Shown piece by piece: positions 21,409 to 35,945 of a DNA stretch of 64,000 bases. The translations under genes were made by a program, and so were the position numbers. The DNA is from Adineta vaga (taxonomy: Eukaryota; Animalia; Rotifera), in contig CP075494.1 in the NCBI GenBank assembly GCA_021613535.1, forward strand, positions 14,260,001 through 14,324,000, written 5' to 3'. The notes beneath the pieces are model-generated. The model was given only the letters and a program-made list of their open reading frames with translations, made no database searches and was not told the origin of the DNA. Every line of letters starts with the position of its first letter. Positions within the stretch are counted from its first letter, which is position 1.

Positions 21409-24100
21409 ATGTCGACGTTGACGAATATTGGTTTGATGATTTATTTTGCTTTAGTAGCCTTAATTGGTACATTGGGCAATGGAATTATTTTATTAGCTTA
21501 TGGAAATCGTTGGAATTCCTCTAAATCAACATCAGTCGTCTTTATACTTATACTTGCTTGTGTTGATCTTTGGACTTGTCTTGTTGTTGTACCCAGTATA
21601 GCAATAATGGAATATCGAGAATTTGAAGTTCCAACACCACTCTGTCGATTTTATTCGTTTTCAAAAATTCTTATTATTATTTCCTCATTAATTATGTCAT
21701 TTATAGCCTTAGATCGGTTTTTAAATATAGCCGTACCACACTATCGTTTACTTAATCCTCGTCGCGTGAAGGTAAGTCATTTAAATGTATAATTATCAAT
21801 GTGAAATAGGCAAAACTTAGAAATACGAAGATGATGTTAATTGTAGTTGAACTTCCGTTAAGTCCCGGCAATATTCATTAATATAGAAAACTGAGAAAAC
21901 AAATCTATTTGTGTCCTTCCTTTCCGTGTGTTTTGTTCATTCATTTATCATGAATTTTCATTAAGCTTATATTTCATAGTAAAATCATTCATGTTGTAAC
22001 TCTTTTGTCAGCTTTCGTGATAAGTCAATGATTTACTGATCAAATATCTTTTTTTTAATATCTAATAATAGTCGATGATTTAATTATTTAGTTAGGTACA
22101 AAGAGAGTACATTAGATAAAATATCAGTCAAAACTTTAGAATTATGGATATCAATCTTTTTTTGATCTTCTTATTAATCATTTCAGAAAAATAGATCCAA
22201 ATACAATTGATGTAGAAATCATTCGATTTTGTTTTTTTGCGATTAAATTTAAGTTCTATGTTCCTAGATACAATTCAATCATTAATACTTGACTGCATCA
22301 AGAATGTTTTCTCAAGAGATTATTTCGTCTGATAAGAATTCTCTAAAGAAAATCTTCTATTTTATCTCATTGCGTTGCAATATTTCCGCTTCAATTTTGA
22401 TTTGAGTTCGAATACAAATTCTTTCTCAATGATCTAATTATGAATCTTTACATAGTATGATGAGGTCATCGAATATGTTTGTGCAGAAGTCGTCAAACAG
22501 ATCAATATCTATTTATCCTATAGTAATCGATAGTGACACGAAAGTCAGTTTGACATTTATTAGATAAAGAGCAATTCTCAAATTTCGAAAATCTGACAAA
22601 ACTCGAGAGATTCTTTGTCATCATACATTGTTCCTATTCGAAAAAGCTTCATGTCAGTTTGCTAATCAATCAATTGAATAAATTAATTTTTGTTTTTCTA
22701 ATTCAAAGCTTTTATTAACTCTATTCATTCTTATTGGTATCGGTATGGGTTTATTAACTGCTCTTGCATTTTCATCTTCACCACAAGGTGAAATTTATCT
22801 TGCAAATTATACTGAAATCTTTTCGGACCATCCGCATCTTTTCAAAAATATATCTCGTGAACTTTCAATAACTTACGAACGACGAAATTCATCATCGTTT
22901 AATTTAACAAGTTTCATCTACGAACAATTAGGTATTTCTTCGAATGTTACACTTAAAAATCTTAATTTAACATATTTATCAACACAAGAATCATGTTTTG
23001 CTGATACAACAATTATATCTGAACCGATAAGAGAAATTCTTCGACATATATCAAATAAATTCTTCTTTATTTCAATTGGAATAGTTACAATATTATATAC
23101 AATAACATTTCTTTTAGCTTTACATCGACAAAATCCACGAATACGTGCATTAAAAAAGAGTTTAAATGTTTTGAATAAATTCGATGCATATCGATCAAAT
23201 TCAAATCATACAATGAATTGTCAACAACAAAAACTACGAGCAGATTCAATTCTTTCATCTTATTCACCACTGACTGCATCGATAAAAACGAAATCTTTAG
23301 GAACAAATGAAACTCCACAATATGAAATGGTAAGTGTCATAAGTAATGATGAAATTGATGAACAAAATCTTTCCAATAAACCAAAACTCGATCAACATAT
23401 CGATATATCCGATGATCTTCAAGTTTCATTAGAAAAATTTCCAAATATGAAACAAGTTTCCTTTCAAGTTACGCATAGTGATGAAACATTAACAACTAAT
23501 GATAAACAACAATTATCCAATTCATTCGATGCTGATTTAGATAAAAAATTGGATACATATTATAAATTTCCATGTCCATGTTCGACTACGCGACAATTAT
23601 TAATTAAATTTCATTTTGCTCAACCGACATTAGATATTAATCAATGGTTATGTTGTTGTTGTTGTTTAAAAAAAGCCTCATCTTCGTCAATAACAAATGA
23701 ACAACAATCGACAATAATCAATCCACTTGAAGATGAAACATCAACAATTCTATCACCTACTCTATCAAATTATCATCAATCTTCAGTATCAAATAGTGAA
23801 ATTTTAAAACGACAACTTCATCGACATCGTATTAAACAAATTCGTATGGCATCAACATTTCTAATCATTACTGTCTCTTTCGTTCTCTTCTATTTACCAT
23901 CAATATTAAATGCTGAACGATATATAAAAAGTCCGATTTGGATTTATTATTTATATTTATGTACACATGCATTGAATCCAATCATTTATTGTTTTATGAA
24001 TGTGAATTTACGTGTGTATATTATCTCAATGTTAAAATGTCAAACAAAACAAAGAAAACGAAAGATGACTTGTGGAGCAACATCATTTTTTGAACGTTAA
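21409..24100 (+). CDS. Class A (rhodopsin-like) GPCR with long third intracellular loop; 2 coding exons (intron about 21772-22708)
   Basis: TM1 GTLGN, TM2 LACVDL, TM3 FIALDRF (DRY-like), TM6 FVLFYLP, TM7 ALNPIIY. Ligand not identifiable. Confidence 0.88.
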
Positions 24101-24449
24101 TATTAACTGAACTTTTTTTCTTGTTGTATATGTGATATTGTGCAGAATGTATACTTCTATAAATGAAAAATAAATTTCAATCATTCATCAATCTAAATAG
24201 TATCAAATTAATATACATGAATCTCCGTTTACTTCGTACATATGTATACCTACCTGAATGTATCCATTTTTTAATCGAATCGAGCGTTTTTTCTTCTTCT
24301 TCTTCTTCTTCTTCTTTCTATTTATTTGTCATTGATCGAAAAAGTAAGAAAGAAAACGCTGAGTATATATACACACATACACACGTTTTTCTTTCTTAAC
24401 TTAACCCTGATTTCCGTCGAGCAATATTTGTACAAACGATTAAAGAAGA

Positions 24450-27313
24450 ATGAATTCAGCAAAATCTGCACATCCACATGATTCAAGTAATTGATCATTT
24501 AGTTTTTTAAGAAAACTTGTTTTTTGTTATAAAAAGAAATCTTTCGATAGCTATATCACAAAATATTCAAGCATTTTTACGTATCTATTTACTAAATTTT
24601 CAAGTTAATAATAAACAACCTGTTGAATTAAGTGAAATTAAAACTCAAGTTGAATTGAAAGAAAAACATCGATCACCACATGATCATTTAGAAAGTAAGA
24701 TTTAATGAATGACTAATCAGTTAGTATTCTTGTTGAATAATGTTTAGAACCAGCACGAATTAAATTTCCAATGTATAATGAAAAAGAACAATGTATACAA
24801 TTTGATGCGGGTTTATTGAATAAAATTAAACGACAAATCATTCTTCGAATACATTCTAATAATGTTATTTATACCTATGAATCGGATTTAGATATTCTAC
24901 GAAAATTAGCCGATGGACATCGACATCGAGTAGAATTATTCGATAGTTTTTCGTTACTTTTTTTTGTCTCGTCAATTTCGTTTCTTTTAGTTCTTTTTTA
25001 CACCAAAAGCTCAAGCTGAGATGATTATTAAATATAAAGGTACATTTTTTTTACATGAAATTTTATGCTAAATTAATAATGATTTTTTATTAGATCCATC
25101 GGGTCGTACAATTACTGATTTGTATGCTAATCGTGTTGATAGTCGATATGCCGAACGACGACAACAAGTTTATAAACATTTTGGCCATGAATTTGTTGCG
25201 AAAATCTTTAAATTACCCACATTTTGTGCTGTGTGTTCTGATTTTCTTTGGTAAATCGAATATAAGATTATTGAATGAAATTCTTTCGGTTTCTTTCGAA
25301 GGGGTTTTGCTTATCAAGGTTATAAATGTCAACGTTGTGATTGTGTTGTACATAAACATTGTTATAGTCGATTTGCATGTCCATGTAAAGGAAAAAAATA
25401 TGCTGAAGTAAGATTAAATTGATCTATTTCATTGGAATGAATGTTCAATGTTTAGTTGAATATTAATGCCGAACATCAATTTGAACAACAACCATTCTCT
25501 ATAAAACCATCCTTTTGTGATCATTGTGGAAGTTTTATACGACCTGGTCATGCTCATAAATGCTCATGTAGAAAATTTCAACTAAATATCGAAGCTATTC
25601 TTCTTGATTCTTATTTATTTAGATTGTATATTGACTGTTCATCGACGATGTATATCAAAAGTTGGAAATTATTGTGGATGTGAAGAAAATGTTTTAGCAT
25701 TGTACGATAAATGGAAAGAAACTGTATGTTTTCAATAGAAGAAAAACATTTGAGAGATGATTCGATGATTTGTTTTTAGCATGAATATGATCCAGACAAA
25801 TATCAATATAATGATATTTATGCAATTTATTCAAATCTTGATCAAACGGATCGACAAAAAGATGTAGAGAATGCTATTGAACGTTTATCAAAAGATTATC
25901 AACCAAATATAACAGCAGGATTTGATATAAGTCATTTTCGATTAATACGTTCATTAGGACAAGGAATGAATGGATCGGTAAGTATAGTTAGACAAGAAAC
26001 AAAACAAAGATTATTGAGAGAATCTTATCGATTTTTTTAGGTTTATCTTACTCAATATGGTCGAAATTATTATGCAATGAAAGTTCTGCGTAAAAATGCT
26101 GTTTTAGAAGGTCAAGATTTAGCATATGTAATGTTAGAACGAGATATTTTGATTCTAAGTCAATCGAATCCTTTTATTATTCAACTTATTTATGCATTTC
26201 AAAATGCTGAACGACTTTTTTTTATTATGGAAGTCGCAAAAGGTGGTAATTTCTATCGTCTTCTACTCAAACAATCTCCAAGACCATTTCGTTACGAACG
26301 TATCATATTTCATTCAGGTGAAATCGCATGTGCACTTCAATTTCTTCATTCAAAACGAATTGTAAGTTATATAACAAACATATCAATCAATTCTTCTTCT
26401 TCTTCTTCTCCTTCTTCTTTCTATTCAGGCTTATCGTGATCTTAAACCAGAAAATGTTCTTGTCTTTGAAGATGGTCATATTAAATTAGGTGATTTTGGT
26501 TTATGTAGAAAAGATATTGATCAATATCCAAAAGCAACAACATTCTGTGGTACACAAGAATATATTGCTTATGAAATTTATAAACATTGTGAATATGATG
26601 AAAATGTCGATTGGTGGTCATTAGGTGTTTTTATATATGAATTATTTACATTTGTTACACCATTTTATGATGAAGATGAATATCAAATTGAAGAAAATGT
26701 TCTTCATAAAGAAATCTTTTATCCAGAAACAATGCCAAAAGATGCCAAACGAATTATATCAGGCTTATTAGAACGTGATCCAAGAATTCGATTAGGAAAT
26801 CGACAATCTCCACATGGGTTACTAAATCAACAACCATTCTTTCGGTTAGTTTTTATTTCCACCTAACAACCGATCTTGTTATTTTTCTCTTTAGTCCACC
26901 ATATACATTGGAGAATATTGAAAAACAACGAATACCACCACCATGGGTTCCGAGTGTATGTATTTCACACATACACACAGACTGAATAGAAGAGAATCTT
27001 GTTAGGAAGACTTTCTATGCATGATTTCTTTTGTGTATATCATCTGAGTTGAAATGGTTTCATCTAAAGTAATGTTTGATGAAACCTTTTCTTGTTATTT
27101 AATTCTTCATTATCAGATAAGAGTTATTCTAACGATAGAAGATATCTTTTTTTCTTTATGATATTTTAGTCCTTGACCTCATTTGATCCAAATGGTGAAG
27201 AACCACAACTATCTGAAATTGAACAAAAAGATAAAGTTTTACTTTTATCAACACCAGCCGATGCATTTCGTGGCTTTTCTTATATTTGTACTAATACAAT
27301 AACAACATTTTAA
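24450..27313 (+). CDS. Divergent novel-PKC-like AGC kinase (C2-like region, two C1 domains, kinase, hydrophobic motif)
   Basis: C1a HEFVAKIFKLPTFCAVCSDFLWGFAYQGYKCQRCDCVVHKHC, C1b HQF...FCDHCG...VHRRC, kinase motifs YAMK, YRDLKPEN, DFGLC, TTFCGT, VDWWSLG, and C-terminal FRGFSY. Confidence 0.88.
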
Positions 27314-28870
27314 TATAAAAAATTTAAAAAAAAAGACAAATCTCATTTTACGTGTGTGCCTGTGTTTTTTTTGTGTATTGTTTATGAATACCGGTGAATA
27401 AAAAGTGAACAATTAGTTTTTCAATGTAATCAATGAACTTTGAAACGAAGGAATTTTCACTCAGGTAAGTTTATGTTCTCTTTTGAAAGATCGAGTAAAT
27501 ATTTAGCAAGAAATATTAATCAAACAGGGTTTTTTCTTTCTTTCTTTCTTTCTCTTAGATAAATTTACTTTATTTTTGTTTATGTAAAATTTACTTCAGT
27601 AAGGTTTCAAATTCGTTGTTGAAGTTTTGTTTTTTTTTCTTGAAAAAGAAGAGAAGATTATTGATTCAATTATAAAAAATTAATATTGAGAATCTCGTGA
27701 TGATTTTATGATAATAGCAAAGATAATTTGTAGCTATTTAGAATTTATTAACATTCATTAGCAATGCAAGCAAGTCGTGGAACACGAATTCGGATTAACT
27801 ATCTCTCGGGGTTTTTTTTCTCAATTGCAGTCGATGTACTGTTTCTTACATTAGCCATACTAATTGATCTATTCTTGTCAGATAAAAAAGGTCGAATACG
27901 AACAACTAATCTCATCTGGTATCGATAATTTAATCATTTTCGCCTACATTCGTCACATATGTAGTGGTACTTCTAATCTTTCTCTCGAAGAAGCAGAATA
28001 TTTCCAGTCGAGATTGATATGGTAGACTTTTTAGGCATACATAAATATGTATAAACACGCTTTTGCTCTGATGTTGTTTCCGATTCCTCTGTAAGAAAAT
28101 GTCATGCTGATCTTGGAAAAAATACAGCAATTCAACTAATAATCAGACGATTGTCGGCACTATCGTCAATAATCAGAACAAAAAAGAAAAGATGAATAGA
28201 ACTATATGTGTATATATAGATCCGGTCGCAAGGACTAAGCCGAGTGAGACAATAAATTAGTCGATTAATACTATCTTCAATGTAAGAAACATGTGTATTC
28301 CGAAAGAAATCATTCGTTGAGTCTATTGGTTGTCGTTCTTTCTTTTTTTTTCTTCTTTCTGCTGACCGATGCTTTGGTATAAAGAATAGTCGCATATCTT
28401 GTGTCGTAATTCAGTTTCGAATGAAGAAGAGAACGTTGGAAGTTTGTTCACTAACATTCAACGATGGATTTAATACTTCTGCTTCATCTTTCTTTCTTTC
28501 TTTCTTTCTTCGAAATAGAGTGATATTTTTGTTGAAAAAAAACATGCACACACGCACATAGACACCACGACAGAATGAAAAAGAAGCCACACTGCGTTCT
28601 GACATACACACGCTCGCTTCTATGTTTTTTTAATATATGTTACTCGACTCGACTATTTTTTTTATTTATTGTTTCTCTATGTCTCTTTTTCTTTCTCTTT
28701 TTTTTCTTATTCTAGAAAATACAGACCAAACCAACCTTGTTACTAGCGTTGGCATGTAAAAAAAGCTCTTTCTCTTGTTCTTCGTTACTTACTCTCTTCT
28801 CTTTCTCTTTCTCTCTCTCTCATCGACTGTTCGTTTACTGCTGAAGTCGACAACAACATACAACACGCAC

Positions 28871-28892
28871 ATATATATATATATATATATAT
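28871..28892. repeat. (AT)11 microsatellite upstream of brat exon 1
   Basis: Direct read of the sequence. Confidence 0.9.
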
Positions 28893-29039
28893 AATGAAAG
28901 CGCGACGCACAGAGCAAAGAACATAATGGAACAACAACATCCATAACCAGACAAAATCAACAGCAGACTTGTTAAGTTTTCATTTTTTGAAAAAAAAAGA
29001 ATTTGGTACTTTTAACGCATCTTTGTCTAAGCAAATATT

Positions 29040-32000
29040 ATGATTCCATCTACATTGAAAACGATTTTTGTGGACGGAGATCTCGATGAGTCATCTGTTA
29101 TGGCTGATGTTCAACATCATTATCGTGATAAAGATCTTCTTTTAACCAATTATTATGATGATGTCGATGATGATATTCGTGAACAGGTAAGATAAAACAA
29201 AACAAAAACGAAATACTAAATTTATCAGTAATCTATTTACTTATCTGTCTAGTGTCTTCGTCAGTTTCTTTCTTTCTTTTTCTTTCGTCGCGTTCTTTTC
29301 TTTCATTTCCATTTATTTTTTTATTTTTGTCAATACATACCTGTTGTTATGCGTCGAGATGTTATGCAAAGCTCTTAACAAATGTTATCCACAGAATACA
29401 TACTGTTTTCGTGTTCTTTCAATGAAGTAGGCATGTTTTCATGTCTGATCAAATAATGTTGTTGTGCGACATATTTCGCCTTCAGAATTAATTGAAACGA
29501 AAACATAAGAGGAAATATTTCCTCCTATTTATATCATTTTTTTCTGATTGAATCTTATTAATAATAGAACTTTCACGGTCATCAAGTAGAACGAAGAATA
29601 AAAGAAGATTGAACAAATCGCTGGTAGTGTTAGCAAGTGCTTCATCAAGGTTAAATGAAAGATTTCATCGAAGAAATAAGAAAAGAAAACTACAGTATTT
29701 TGTTTCAAATCGGAAATATTCTTTGCAAAAAAAGAAAAACATCTCATTGCCACCGAGAAGACACAGCATCATTACTTGCTCTCTTCTCATCAGATTACGT
29801 TCTATCTATTTATGGAACAAATCTTAAAAAAAGTCACGCATATATAGAAACTCTCACTAGTTTCTTTATTTCTTATGCTTCTTTCATGATAACCTTAAGC
29901 TATAAATACGAATGCATCTTTATCATCATTTACCATGAAAATGAAGGAGTTCATTTGCGATGTTTAGCTTTTATCTTCAATTGATTAAAATTAACCATAA
30001 GATGAACATCCTCTACTACAATAGTTTAGTTTCTCTTTTTTTCACTTGATAAGTGTCCTCATTTTGTTAAGAGAACTTTTTGAAAGGAGGCGAGCAAGCG
30101 TAAGACGTATTTTACGATCTATTACTCTTACACCTCCTCATCTATTTCACCGTCGATGTCATACAAGCGTGAATTGATATATATATATACATTATTGAAT
30201 TAATATTCTTTTTCGTTCGAATATTTCTATTCATTGCTATTACTTGAGTTGTTTGTGTTCGATCAATATGTATATACATATATATCCTACTTAGTTACAT
30301 ATAAATATAACCTTGAAAATGAAAATGTCATTTGTTCATGCCTTTCTCTTGCTTCATTTCTTTTCTTCTCATTTTTGTTACCTCGAGCAAGTAATATGTG
30401 TGTGTGTGTGATCGATTAGCTTGATTTGAGCTGCCGATTTCACACAATATATCGAATAATTGGAATAATAATAATAGAAAAAAGAAAGAAATACCGGAAA
30501 TAGCCAATAAGTAGTAATGTATTTGCTGTCAAAGAAGAAATGAGAAAATTTGCATTCTGTATTAATCAAAAAGATACGAGTAATGATTAAATCTGTGCAT
30601 ATATTACTATTACAAAAGCATCTGCGTGCGTATGTTCAATTTGTTCGATGCAGATGTGCATGATTTCTTTTTTCTTTTTCTTTTTTATTCCTCTCATCAT
30701 TAAAAATGTTCGAACGGAAATCATTAGTTATTGCTTTCGGGGAGCGAGAGAGAAAACTCGAAGACAAGATACGATCAACAGGTTCAACCGTCTCGTGACA
30801 ATGATCAATGTTGACGGACTCACATAATTCAAACATATGTACATGTATATGAGTAGTAATGAAGGAAAGAGAAGAAAAAAAAAGAAAGAAATGGAGACAC
30901 CTTGACAATCAGTGTATGTGTGGAGAGCACTATTGACGAGAAGAAAAAAAGAGAAGAGAGAGAGAGAGGGAGAGAGAAGAATAAAAAAGGAAAAAAGAAA
31001 GAAGAGAAGCATAGGGCAACTTTGACAAATCATTAGCCAGTCAGGCGCTTTACTTATGTGACATGCTGACAGGAATAGAGTCCGTTTGTCACTATTAACA
31101 ATCGCGCAACAACTGTAACAATAAATAGCGCAATGTTTGATTCGGATAATGATTTATGGGTAAGGAAATTGTATTGACTTAAAAAGAAGACTAAGTAGAT
31201 TTTACTTATCAAGAATCGAAATCAGTTTTTTGTGTTCGCTTTCTGAAAAAAAAATCGATGATTAGGTGACTTTTTTTAAAATAAATCAAAAAGAAAAAAA
31301 TGTATAAAATAGTATTACTAAGGAAGGCATTGGTTACCAGTCACCTGTGTATATATACATATATATATATATAAATGATGACCTTTAACCTCGAATAATT
31401 GAGTGCTCTTGAATTTAATTGAAAAAAAAGGACATCCATAGTTTATTTAACATTGAATATTTAATTAGAATTCGCCATTCTTTGGATTGTTTCCACCAAC
31501 ATCAGATGGCTTATCAAATACATTACTTTCGGCATGTCTTAGTCATGATAGTTCAGGTTCAAGTTCAAATGGTTCATCAGCTGCATTTTCATTTACAGAT
31601 TCAGCTTATGCTTCATCACAATCACCACCACCATTATCATCATCATCATCACAATCCCAACATTCAAATAATCCAACCAGTCAATCCATATCAATCATGC
31701 GTGGTTTTCAAGCACAACAACAAGGCCAACAAAATCAACAACAACAACAACAACAACAGCATAAACAACCCATAAAATCAACTCATTCGACATTAATTGC
31801 TGGTCTAACAACATCAACACCAAGTTCAAGTTTATCAAGTGTTCATTCAACAACCGATAATCCCTGTTGTTCATCATCACCATTCTTTCATAAAGAACAA
31901 CATCAAGAAGATCATTATAATTATTGGAATTGTCCTCATTGTCAAGAAGCATATAAACAAACTCGACCACAAGTTCTTCCATGCTTTCATTCATTATGTG

Positions 32001-35000
32001 AAACATGTATAGAAAAATTATCTGACAATGGTACAATTTCTTGTCCATCATGTGGTTTATCAACAATGTTAACAGATATTTTACCTGATTATACAATTCA
32101 AAATTCACAATTAAATTTTTCAAATGAATATATGTTATCATTAGGCGATAGTTCAACACAATATTGTACAGCATGTAAAAGTTCTGAATCGATGGCTGTA
32201 GCAAAGTGTTTTCAATGTTCGAGCTTCCTTTGTCATCAATGTGTCTGTGCACATCAAATTATGAATTGTTTTGAAGGTCATCGAGTAAGTTAAAAATGAA
32301 AAGTTTTTTTCTTTCTTTTTTTTCTTTTTTGATGAATGAACTCATTTCTTTCATTTGATGATTTTATTTGATTGATTTCATCTATTCTACTTCTCGTTTA
32401 ATAAACAGACATGCACAGAAATAATCTAATAAGATTTATTGAATATGCATTTCCCTAATTCTGTTAGACTTTTCTCTTCGTCTCTTCATCTTTCCTTCTT
32501 TCTTTCTTTCTTTAAAAAAAAAAGGATGCAACTAACCGCTTTCATGTTCATTCCGGTCGAATCCGATTTCTTTCTTCTTCTAATGTATGCGAACATCTTC
32601 CTACTTCCATAACTCTAGTTAATAGTACGCACAGAAACAAGACCCTGAGTATCCATCTATTCTCATTCAAGGCAAACAAAAAAAGAAAGTTAGTTCGAGA
32701 ACAAATTAGTCGTAATGATAGATTGATCGTTCATATGTCTTTGCATATTGACGGCAGACGAACATTTCTGTCCAGAGAAAGAGAGATTCCTATTTTTTAT
32801 ATTCTACATTGTTTCCTGGGATTTAACGATGGATCAACAGAGAATCAAAGAAAAACGATCATTCGAGTGCATGAAAAGCCTTTCACCAATCTTCTCATGA
32901 ACTCTACAGAAGAAGACGGATGATGTGTTCTTTCTATGTAGTATTTAATTCAATTCCGAGATTTACAGAAAGGAAAGCAAGAAAGAAAGAAAGAGAAAAA
33001 GAATGGCATCGTCATTCTCTCGACCTCAATTGTAGGATGATGATCAAATCATTTCTTTTAACTAAATAGAACAGACGAATGAGAAAATTTTTATTGAATA
33101 CGAAACATTGTAATTTCCGATTGTAGGTTATTCATATAAAAGAACTTGATGCTAATGGAAATGATCATCGATTAATGTTTTGTCCAACACATAAAAACGA
33201 AACATTGAAATATTTTTGTGCTACTTGCAATATTCCAAGTAAAATCTTTTGAAATCTTTGAATCAATTGATTTTTTATCGAAATATTTATTATTTAGTTT
33301 GTAATACATGTACAACAGCTGAACATGGACGCGCTGGACATGATGTCGTTTCATTAAACGATGCTGGTACGATTCGATTTAATCCTCTAATCTATTTTTT
33401 TACAAAAAATTTTGACTCTACAGGTTCACATCAAGTAGCAAAATTACAAAATATGGTTGAAAATACTCGTCAACGATTAATTGATTTAAAATATTCACAA
33501 AAAACAGTCGATCGATCTTACAATTCATTACAAGTAATTAAAAGATCTATTTTTATAAACATCAACAAATGATTCTATTTCTATAGAGTCAATATAATAA
33601 AGCACAGCATGATATCAATGAAACATATAATTTCTATCGTCAATTACTCGATGAAAGAAAACATGATCTTATTAAAGTAAGATAATTAATTTCGATTAAA
33701 AGTTATTTTTTTATCTATTTCAATAAAAAAAAAAGGAATTGGATAATACTTTCAATGAAAAACAAAATTTATTAACGAATCAAATGCAAAAAATCGATGA
33801 TGCAATTGAACGAGCTAATTTGGTAAGTAATCGATAATAGAAGAGAGAAGTACAGTTCGATATGAAGTTGTTTTTTCTTCTAGCCATTAGAATTTTCTGA
33901 TCGTTTATTTAAAAATTCGTCAACAACAGAAATTCTTATGTTTAAAAAACAATTGGAAACAAAATTAAATACACTAAATCAAATCATTCCTGACAATAAC
34001 GGACAATCTGTATTTGAATTAGAATTTGTTTCAAATTTTCAAGTAGATTATCTGAAAATAATTCAAATCATTTCGAAAACTTTCATTTTCTAGGCTATAC
34101 AAACAGGTGTACGAAATACGTTTGGTTATGTTCGAGCATCATCCGAATCAACACCAACAATGGTAAATCGATTGATGAAGAACATAATTAATTCTCTATA
34201 TATTTTCTTCATTTTAGAATAATCATTATAAACCACGACCACAAAAAGTAAGAAATAACATTTTTTTTGTTTTTGTCTTTGACAAAAATTCTTTCTCTCC
34301 TCTTTCTATTTAGTTAATCAATGATAATTTCAATAAAGTCATTGGTCCACCATCTCTTAATACATGTCAAAATCATAATCATCATCAATCGCAAACAAAT
34401 CTTTCATCACTTAGTCCAACGAAATCAATACCTCAACAACCTAATCATTTATTAAATGGTATGGATCTCCTTTCATGTAGTTTACCACAAACAATCATGA
34501 ATAAATATTCAAATTTATCTTCATCAACACCAACACCAATTAGTTTTTCATTGTCATCAAATGCTTTGGATATTCATCCATATGAATTATGGTCCAATGC
34601 AACACAATTAGCATCAACATCCCAACAACAACTATCAAGTTCATTAACATCAAGTAATGGAAATGGTAATCTTAATGGACAAGATTCGATTGTAGATCTT
34701 GTTGATGGTTTATCATCAATGGATGGTTATTCATCTATGGCATCAAATTTATTATTGCCAACACGTTCGAATAGTTCAACAATAAAACGACAAAAAATGA
34801 TTTATCATCAAAAATTTGGTGAATTCGGTGTTCTTGAAGGACAATTTACTGAACCATCAGGTGTTGCGGTTAATGGTCAAGGTGATATCATTGTTGCCGA
34901 TACAAATAATCATCGTATTCAAATATTTGATTCAAATGGTAATTGAAATGAATTTTGTGAATGAAATTAAAAAATTGAGTCTGAATTTATTTAGGACGTT

Positions 35001-35945
35001 TTCGTTTTCAATTTGGTGAATGTGGTAAACGTGATGGACAATTATTATATCCAAATCGTGTTGCAGTATTTCGTCAATCAGGTGATATTGTTGTCACGGA
35101 ACGAAGTCCAACACATCAAATACAAATCTATAATCAATATGGACAATTCATACGGAAATTTGGTGCCAATGTTTTACAACATCCACGTGGTATGAACTCT
35201 TATAGTTGATAAAATTCATTCTTAGTTTTGTTTCTTTTGCAGGTGTTTGTGTTGATAATATGGGACATATTATTGTTGTGGAATGTAAAGTTATGCGTGT
35301 ATTTATATTCGATACGAATGGAAATGTTTTAAATAAGTTCACATGTTCAAAATATTTGGAATTTCCAAATGGCGTTTGTTGTAATGATAAACAAGAAATA
35401 TTTATATCTGACAATCGTGCACATTGTATTAAAGTCTTTTCATATGATGGACAATTTTTACGAACAATTGGATCTGAAGGTGTAACAAATTATCCAATTG
35501 GTGTTGTACAAAATAGTCAAGGCGATGTATTAATTGCTGACAATCATAATAATTTCAATTTAACAATTTTTAATCAAGGTATTGTTTGAATTTGACAAAC
35601 TTTTCTCGATTTTTCTATTTCATTATAGATGGTCAATTAATAAGTGCTTTAGAATCTAAAGTGAAACATGCTCAATGTTTCGATGTTGCACTTATGGATG
35701 ATGGTAGTGTCGTTTTAGCTAGTAAAGATTATCGTATATATGTTTATCGTTATTTAATGACATCATCATCATCATCATCGATCGGAGGAGGAGTTGCAGG
35801 AAATAGTACAACACCTCCATCACCATTATCATCTTCATCAACAACACCGAATAGTAATCAAATGCTAAATGGTGGTGAATGTACATCACCACTTTCAATG
35901 AATGGCCATGGTGAAGGTTCAGCAGTAACAAGTAATGAATATTAA
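29040..35945 (+). CDS. brat: Brain tumor (Brat/NCL-1)-type TRIM-NHL protein: RING, 2 B-boxes, coiled coil, NHL repeats
   Basis: NHL region [31 protein letters not shown]...YPNRVAV...[27 protein letters not shown] closely follows Brat. B-box1 CTACKSSE...CFQC...C..C..AH, B-box2 CPTH...FCATC. First coding exon 29040-29186 splices in phase 0 to 31469 (start exon less certain). Confidence 0.93.

Noticed and set aside
27930-31033. Many short Phe/Lys-rich ORFs around the brat promoter and first intron
   Set aside because: These are translations of poly-T/poly-A and GA tracts with no coding signature. Only the exon at 29040-29186 is supported within this span.
31419-32252. Poly-His/poly-Asn ORF (+) and 185-aa antisense ORF overlapping brat
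   Set aside because: Shadow frames of the TCA/CAA-rich Ser/Gln coding sequence.
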